A DNA stretch of 22,128 bases, taken from NCBI GenBank assembly GCA_046570105.1, contig JBKHVI010000046.1, positions 1-22,128 of the forward strand, in the 5' to 3' direction. The stretch comes from Bacteriovoracia bacterium. GTDB lineage: Bacteria; Bdellovibrionota; Bacteriovoracia; Bacteriovoracales; Bacteriovoracaceae. Positions 18,011 through 22,128 of this stretch are shown here, piece after piece; the first letter of the stretch is position 1; the number at the start of each line of letters is the position of its first letter. The notes beneath the pieces are model-generated. The model did no database searches. It saw only the letters and a program-made list of their open reading frames with translations, and was not told where the DNA came from. The position numbers were made by a program, and so were the translations under genes.

Positions 18011-18041
18011 TTGACTCTGACACCATGGCAAGGTTCATAAT
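18011..18041 (+). promoter_or_regulatory. CueR-type promoter of copZ and the multicopper oxidase
   Basis: TTGACT-19 nt-CATAAT with the degenerate box ACTCTGA-CACCATG-GCAAGGT. AGGAGG RBS at 18051-18056. Confidence 0.75.
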
Positions 18042-18061
18042 CATTTTATCAGGAGGTTTCT

Positions 18062-18268
18062 ATGTATCAATATAATGTAAATGGAATGAGTTGTATGAGT
18101 TGTGTGAATCATATCGAGAAAGCCATCAAGGCGGTTGATAGCACCAGTGCAGTAGAAGTGAAATTAAGAGATGGCATCGTCAATGTTTCCAGCAAAGAAA
18201 ATTTGCAAAAAATTCAGACCGTCATTGAAGAGGAAGGCTACACAGTCACCGCTTCAAGGGAGATCTAA
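18062..18268 (+). CDS. copZ: Heavy-metal-associated copper chaperone
   Basis: 68 aa, VNGMSCMSCV...IEEEGY. Strong RBS. Confidence 0.9.
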   Translation: MYQYNVNGMSCMSCVNHIEKAIKAVDSTSAVEVKLRDGIVNVSSKENLQKIQTVIEEEGYTVTASREI

Positions 18269-20280
18269 TGAAATTTCTCATCTTATTTTTGACTGCACTC
18301 TTTATCACTCCCCTTTCTGAGGCCAAAGAAGTTCGCTACGAATTGGTAGCAACTAAAGACAAGGTCAATATCAGCGGGAAGAAAGAAGTGGATTTTGCCT
18401 TGCAAATCAATGGACAGATTCCTTCACCGACTCTGCACTTTCAAGAGGGTGATGAAGCGGTCATTCGTGTGATAAACAAGATACCTGGAGAAGAACTCTC
18501 GATTCACTGGCACGGCATTTTGCTTCCTCCCGAAGAAGATGGCGTTCCCTATGTGAACACCCCGCCCATCTTCTCTGGTGAAGAGCGCACCTTTCGTTTT
18601 AAGCTGCGCCAAAACGGAACCTACTGGTACCACTCACACACCAACGTTCAAGAGCAAAAAGGTATCTATGGCGCGATCGTGATCCAGCCGCCAAAAATAA
18701 TTGCGGTCGATCATGACGTTGCAGTTGTAATCAGCGATTGGTCAGATGAAGATGCGCTGCAAATATTAAACAACCTCCGTAAAGACGGTGACTATTATCT
18801 CTACAAAAAAAATACTATCCGCTCTATCTGGGGAGCGATCAACGCAAATCCTGGAAGTCTTAAAAACTTTCTTTATAATGAATGGACTCGCATGGGTGGC
18901 ATGGACTACTCAGATGTGGGTTACGACGCTTTTCTCATTAATGGCAAACAACAATCAAAACTTTTAGATGCCAAAAAAGGTGACCGGGTTCGCTTGCGTG
19001 TCGTGAACGCCGCTGCTTCCACTTACTTTCATGTCAATCTGGGTGATCAGTTCTTTGATGTGGTAGCGACAGATGGGATGGAGGTTGTGCCTGTTAAAAA
19101 GAAAGAGTTCTTGATTGGAATGGCCGAGACCTACGATATTGAATTCACTCTCCCAGACAATAAATCCTACGAGCTTAAAATCACCGCCCAAGACGCCACT
19201 GGCGAGGCTTCAAGTTTTATCGGCAACGGGGAGCTAGAAAAAGTTCCTCCCCGCCCCGCTCTCGATCAATACGCCACGATGGATCACTCGGCCCATGGTT
19301 CTGAACACGCTGGACATATGATGGAGATGGGAAGCTCAGATGTATTAGCTCTCGAAGATCTAAAATCGCCCATAGTGACTCGTTACCCCGAACATCTTAA
19401 ACGTCACGATGTAACACTGGTGCTTGATGGAGATATGGAGCGCTACGTTTGGCATATCAACGGCAAAGCGATTCATGAAGAGCGCTCCATTATCATTAAT
19501 GAAAATGATGTAGTGAAATTTACCCTCGTGAACAATACGATGATGCATCATCCGATGCACCTGCACGGTCATTTTTTCCGTGTCTATAATGGTCAACGCG
19601 CCTTTGCTCCCTTAAAGCACACCATCGATGTCGCTCCCCATACCACTCGTACCATTGAGTTTTTAGCGAATGAACCCGGTGAATGGATGCTTCACTGTCA
19701 TAACCTCTATCACTTGAAGACAGGTATGGCGCGAGTCATTTCTTACTCGACCTATAAGCCAGGCAAAGAGATTCAACCGTGGCTCAAGAAAGATCCGCAC
19801 CTCCATGATCATTGGTATCACTATGGCATGTTAGAGGCAGCCACGAACCACACTCAAGCGCGTTTTAGAAGCTCGCAAACTTGGAACGAATTTGATCTGC
19901 GAATTGAGGCGAGAAAAGATTTTTCCTGGAATGGCGAAGGAGATTTATTCTATCGTCGTTGGAAAAATCGTAATGTGAACTTCTTTGCTGGGGGATCTGG
20001 TATTGATGATGAGTACATGGCGGTGGCCGGTGTGGGATATCTCTTACCGATGCTGATCGAATCACAGTTCATGATTGACCACGAGGGTCGCCTACGTCTT
20101 GATTTAGAAAAACGCATTCAATGGACGAGCACCTGGTACACCGACGCGGAATTCACTTTCCGCCAAAAACTCGAAAGTGAATTTGAAATCTCGCTGATGT
20201 ACTCTCGCCAATGGGATTGGTCCGTAGGTCTCATGTTCACCGAGGACAGTGCAGGATTAGGAGTGCAATACCAATTTTAA
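18268..20280 (+). CDS. Multicopper oxidase (PcoA/CopA-like) fused to a C-terminal beta-barrel-like (CopB/PcoB-like) domain
   Basis: Signal peptide. Copper motifs IHWHG, YWYHSH, HHPMHLHGH, HCHNLYHLKTGM. His/Met-rich linker. About 165 extra C-terminal residues with amphipathic strands, ending GLGVQYQF. Confidence 0.9.
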   Translation: MKFLILFLTALFITPLSEAKEVRYELVATKDKVNISGKKEVDFALQINGQIPSPTLHFQEGDEAVIRVINKIPGEELSIHWHGILLPPEEDGVPYVNTPPIFSGEERTFRFKLRQNGTYWYHSHTNVQEQKGIYGAIVIQPPKIIAVDHDVAVVISDWSDEDALQILNNLRKDGDYYLYKKNTIRSIWGAINANPGSLKNFLYNEWTRMGGMDYSDVGYDAFLINGKQQSKLLDAKKGDRVRLRVVNAAASTYFHVNLGDQFFDVVATDGMEVVPVKKKEFLIGMAETYDIEFTLPDNKSYELKITAQDATGEASSFIGNGELEKVPPRPALDQYATMDHSAHGSEHAGHMMEMGSSDVLALEDLKSPIVTRYPEHLKRHDVTLVLDGDMERYVWHINGKAIHEERSIIINENDVVKFTLVNNTMMHHPMHLHGHFFRVYNGQRAFAPLKHTIDVAPHTTRTIEFLANEPGEWMLHCHNLYHLKTGMARVISYSTYKPGKEIQPWLKKDPHLHDHWYHYGMLEAATNHTQARFRSSQTWNEFDLRIEARKDFSWNGEGDLFYRRWKNRNVNFFAGGSGIDDEYMAVAGVGYLLPMLIESQFMIDHEGRLRLDLEKRIQWTSTWYTDAEFTFRQKLESEFEISLMYSRQWDWSVGLMFTEDSAGLGVQYQF

Positions 20281-20540
20281 ATCTGGTTTTCAAAAAGATA
20301 GAACGGAATGGTGTTGAGCGATCGAATGGCATCCCAAAGATTTTCATGGGCCCCTGGGTCATGTTCAACACCATCTTTAACGACTTTGCCATTTACGACG
20401 CGGGAAGTGTAACGCAATCTTTCTAAGAAATGTTTGCGAATCGCCATATTAAAATCTTCGTCATCGATGAGAACCGCCATCTCTGCATTCAAACGCTGAA
20501 TTGAACGTGGATCCATATTAAGTGTACCAATCCAAGTATT
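20277..20540 (-). pseudogene. 3' remnant of a phospholipase D / cardiolipin synthase (ClsC-like) gene
   Basis: Reading upstream of the annotated ATG gives NTWIGTLNMDPRSIQRLNAEMAVLIDD, which matches the PLD post-HKD motif IGSxNxDPRS..LNxE. The HxKxxxxD itself is absent and an in-frame stop lies at 20559-20561. Confidence 0.7.
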
Positions 20541-21370
20541 CAGACGAAGCTGATAAGGTCATCACGAATCGTCGTTTGCGCGCTGATGCGGGTTCACTTT
20601 CTAAGTGGAGTGCTTCAACATTCTTTAACTACCAAGGTGGCTCAGTGGCCGACCCATTGAAGCCAGAACGTCCGAACATTGTTAACGGTGCTGATGCTCT
20701 TACACTACAAAGTTTGGTGGGTGATATTGGTATCCGCTACCGCCTTACAGCACTTGATAGTTTAACAGTAAGTACTGGTCTTTTCATGACGACTCCTTTT
20801 CATGACAAAATCAAAACTAATAATGCAGCTCTTGAAAAAGAGTTCGACAAAAACTCACAAGAGCTCAATGTGAACGATCCTTCTTTGCGCTACACTCGTT
20901 TGGGTAAACTCTGGAAGGCGCAATCAGTCTTGAGCATCAAATCAACACTCATCACTAACAATCAACAGAGCCGTGCGGGCTATGATACCTCACACAACAT
21001 TTTGCAACAGTATATGGTGGCGGTGGAAGATACGGGCTTCTCTTATGGCGTGGGTTTACAAGTGATTGCTTCTACCTTCGATAGCACCAATCAAAATCTT
21101 GCACGCTATATCCCAGGAATTTATCCAGGTGCGGAGTATGAGATCAACGACACTTTAAATTTACGTACTGTTTTCGGCTGGCAGGTTTATCAAAACTCAC
21201 GTGCGCAGAGTGAAGATACTTTTGTGAAACGCAAAGTGTACCAGTCTGTGGGCCTAGGAATTTCTGTCAACCGCGACATCTTCCTCTACCCTAACATCCA
21301 GTACATCCCCTCTGATATCCGCTCTGACCGAACCAACATCGCCATCAGCGCCAACATCAACGTCTTCTAA
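20522..21370 (+). CDS. Outer-membrane beta-barrel-like protein, apparently 5'-truncated (no signal peptide or RBS)
   Basis: Alternating amphipathic strands and C-terminal ISANINVF. The GTG start is directly preceded by an in-frame TAA, with no SD or signal peptide. Confidence 0.65.
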   Translation: MYQSKYSDEADKVITNRRLRADAGSLSKWSASTFFNYQGGSVADPLKPERPNIVNGADALTLQSLVGDIGIRYRLTALDSLTVSTGLFMTTPFHDKIKTNNAALEKEFDKNSQELNVNDPSLRYTRLGKLWKAQSVLSIKSTLITNNQQSRAGYDTSHNILQQYMVAVEDTGFSYGVGLQVIASTFDSTNQNLARYIPGIYPGAEYEINDTLNLRTVFGWQVYQNSRAQSEDTFVKRKVYQSVGLGISVNRDIFLYPNIQYIPSDIRSDRTNIAISANINVF

Positions 21371-21378
21371 TTTATTAT

Positions 21379-21424
21379 GTCCAAAAGGTGTCACTCACCT
21401 TTTGGACGACTCCCTTTTGGACGA
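21379..21424. repeat. Intergenic hairpin with a duplicated right arm (REP-like or terminator)
   Basis: GTCCAAAAGGTG-TCACT-CACCTTTTGGAC is a perfect 12-bp stem. CCTTTTGGACGA is repeated at 21398-21409 and 21413-21424. It lies between convergent genes. Confidence 0.7.
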
Positions 21425-21429
21425 AAGTC

Positions 21430-21660
21430 TTATTCGCTCTTCTTCGCTTTCCTACGCGCTTTACGTTCTTCACGAATTCCTTCGCGCATGTCCTTTCTTT
21501 CTTCCATTTGAGCTTTGTGCAACTCTTTGCGCTCTTCGATGTTTTCCTTACGCATCTCTTTGCGAGCTTCCGCTTGAGCTTTCATAGCTTCTTTACGCTG
21601 ACCTTTTTTGGCGAGGGCCAGTGTGGGAGTAAGTAACAGGGCGATGATGAGAAATTTCAT
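21430..21660 (-). CDS. Small secreted highly charged helical protein
   Basis: GGAG RBS, signal peptide MKFLIIALLLTPTLALA, and E/R/K/M-rich quasi-repeats (EARKEMRKENIEERKELHKAQMEERKDMRE). Confidence 0.75.
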   Translation of the reverse strand: MKFLIIALLLTPTLALAKKGQRKEAMKAQAEARKEMRKENIEERKELHKAQMEERKDMREGIREERKARRKAKKSE

Positions 21661-21765
21661 GGATACTCCAATTGATGATTAGAAACTCATTATAACGAGG
21701 AACGGCCGGCAAATGAGGCGAGAATTAATTTCCGTGAGCAAGATGCCAACGTTTCTACTCAACCA

Positions 21766-22128
21766 TCACAAGTTGTGAAGTTTTGAACCGCGAGGTGGAA
21801 TATGTTCGTTATAAATGAGTTTACCCGCCTTAAACACCAAGGTGCGCGGCAACTCCTCAATTCTCCACTTACTGGAGACGCTTTTGCTTGGATCAAGCAA
21901 AACTTGGTAGCTGAAGGAATATTTGGCCAGAAACTTCTTTACGAGCACCGGCTTCTCGCCCGTATTGATGGCAATATAAATGGCTTTGGGATGGGCCTTC
22001 TTGATTGCTTCCAGTTCAGGCAATTCTTTAATACAAGCGGTACACCAGGAGGCAAAAAAATTTATGATCACGGTTTGATCTTGATACTTACCTAAGTCGA
22101 CGACTTCGCTATTAGTAAAGGCCGGCAA
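21766..22128 (-). CDS. TlpA/ResA-family thioredoxin-like disulfide reductase (N-terminus probably outside the window)
   Basis: Motifs INFFASWCTACIKELP and LPRT (cis-Pro). The ORF runs to the window edge. Confidence 0.85.
   Translation of the reverse strand: MPAFTNSEVVDLGKYQDQTVIINFFASWCTACIKELPELEAIKKAHPKAIYIAINTGEKPVLVKKFLAKYSFSYQVLLDPSKSVSSKWRIEELPRTLVFKAGKLIYNEHIPPRGSKLHNL

Noticed and set aside
17808..18014. 68-aa plus-strand ORF in the copA/copZ intergenic region
   Set aside because: It overlaps the copA start and the CueR promoters and shows no coding signal.
20277..20516. 79-aa ORF as an independent small gene
   Set aside because: It has no SD, and the PLD-like motif continues upstream of its ATG, so it is better explained as a gene remnant.
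21379..21424. Possible mini-CRISPR array
   Set aside because: Only two 12-nt direct copies 3 nt apart, with no spacers and no cas genes.

Overview
Gene-dense bacterial window. The many small secreted hypothetical proteins, secreted hydrolases and orphan beta-barrels suggest a predatory Bdellovibrionota/Bacteriovoracia-like organism; this is inference only. From left to right it contains: (1) an AT-rich pair of a small basic protein and an unusually large PIN-domain protein; (2) a purine catabolism cluster (adenine/adenosine deaminase, xdhA-xdhB-xdhC) interrupted by a higBA-type toxin-antitoxin pair and an orphan membrane protein; (3) secreted or hypothetical genes, including a Cys-rich miniprotein, a class-3 lipase, a putative NlpC/P60-like cysteine hydrolase and a trypsin-like protease; (4) a DUF3147/GlpM-like gene and mgsA; (5) a metal island with a ZnuD-like TonB-dependent receptor behind two perfect palindromes, cueR-copA, two divergent CueR-type promoters, copZ and a multicopper oxidase fused to a C-terminal outer-membrane beta-barrel; (6) a head-to-head junction near 20540 between a 3' remnant of a phospholipase D gene and a 5'-truncated beta-barrel gene; (7) a small secreted charged protein and a TlpA-like thioredoxin at the window edge. 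I recognised no rRNA, tRNA, CRISPR array or transposase.
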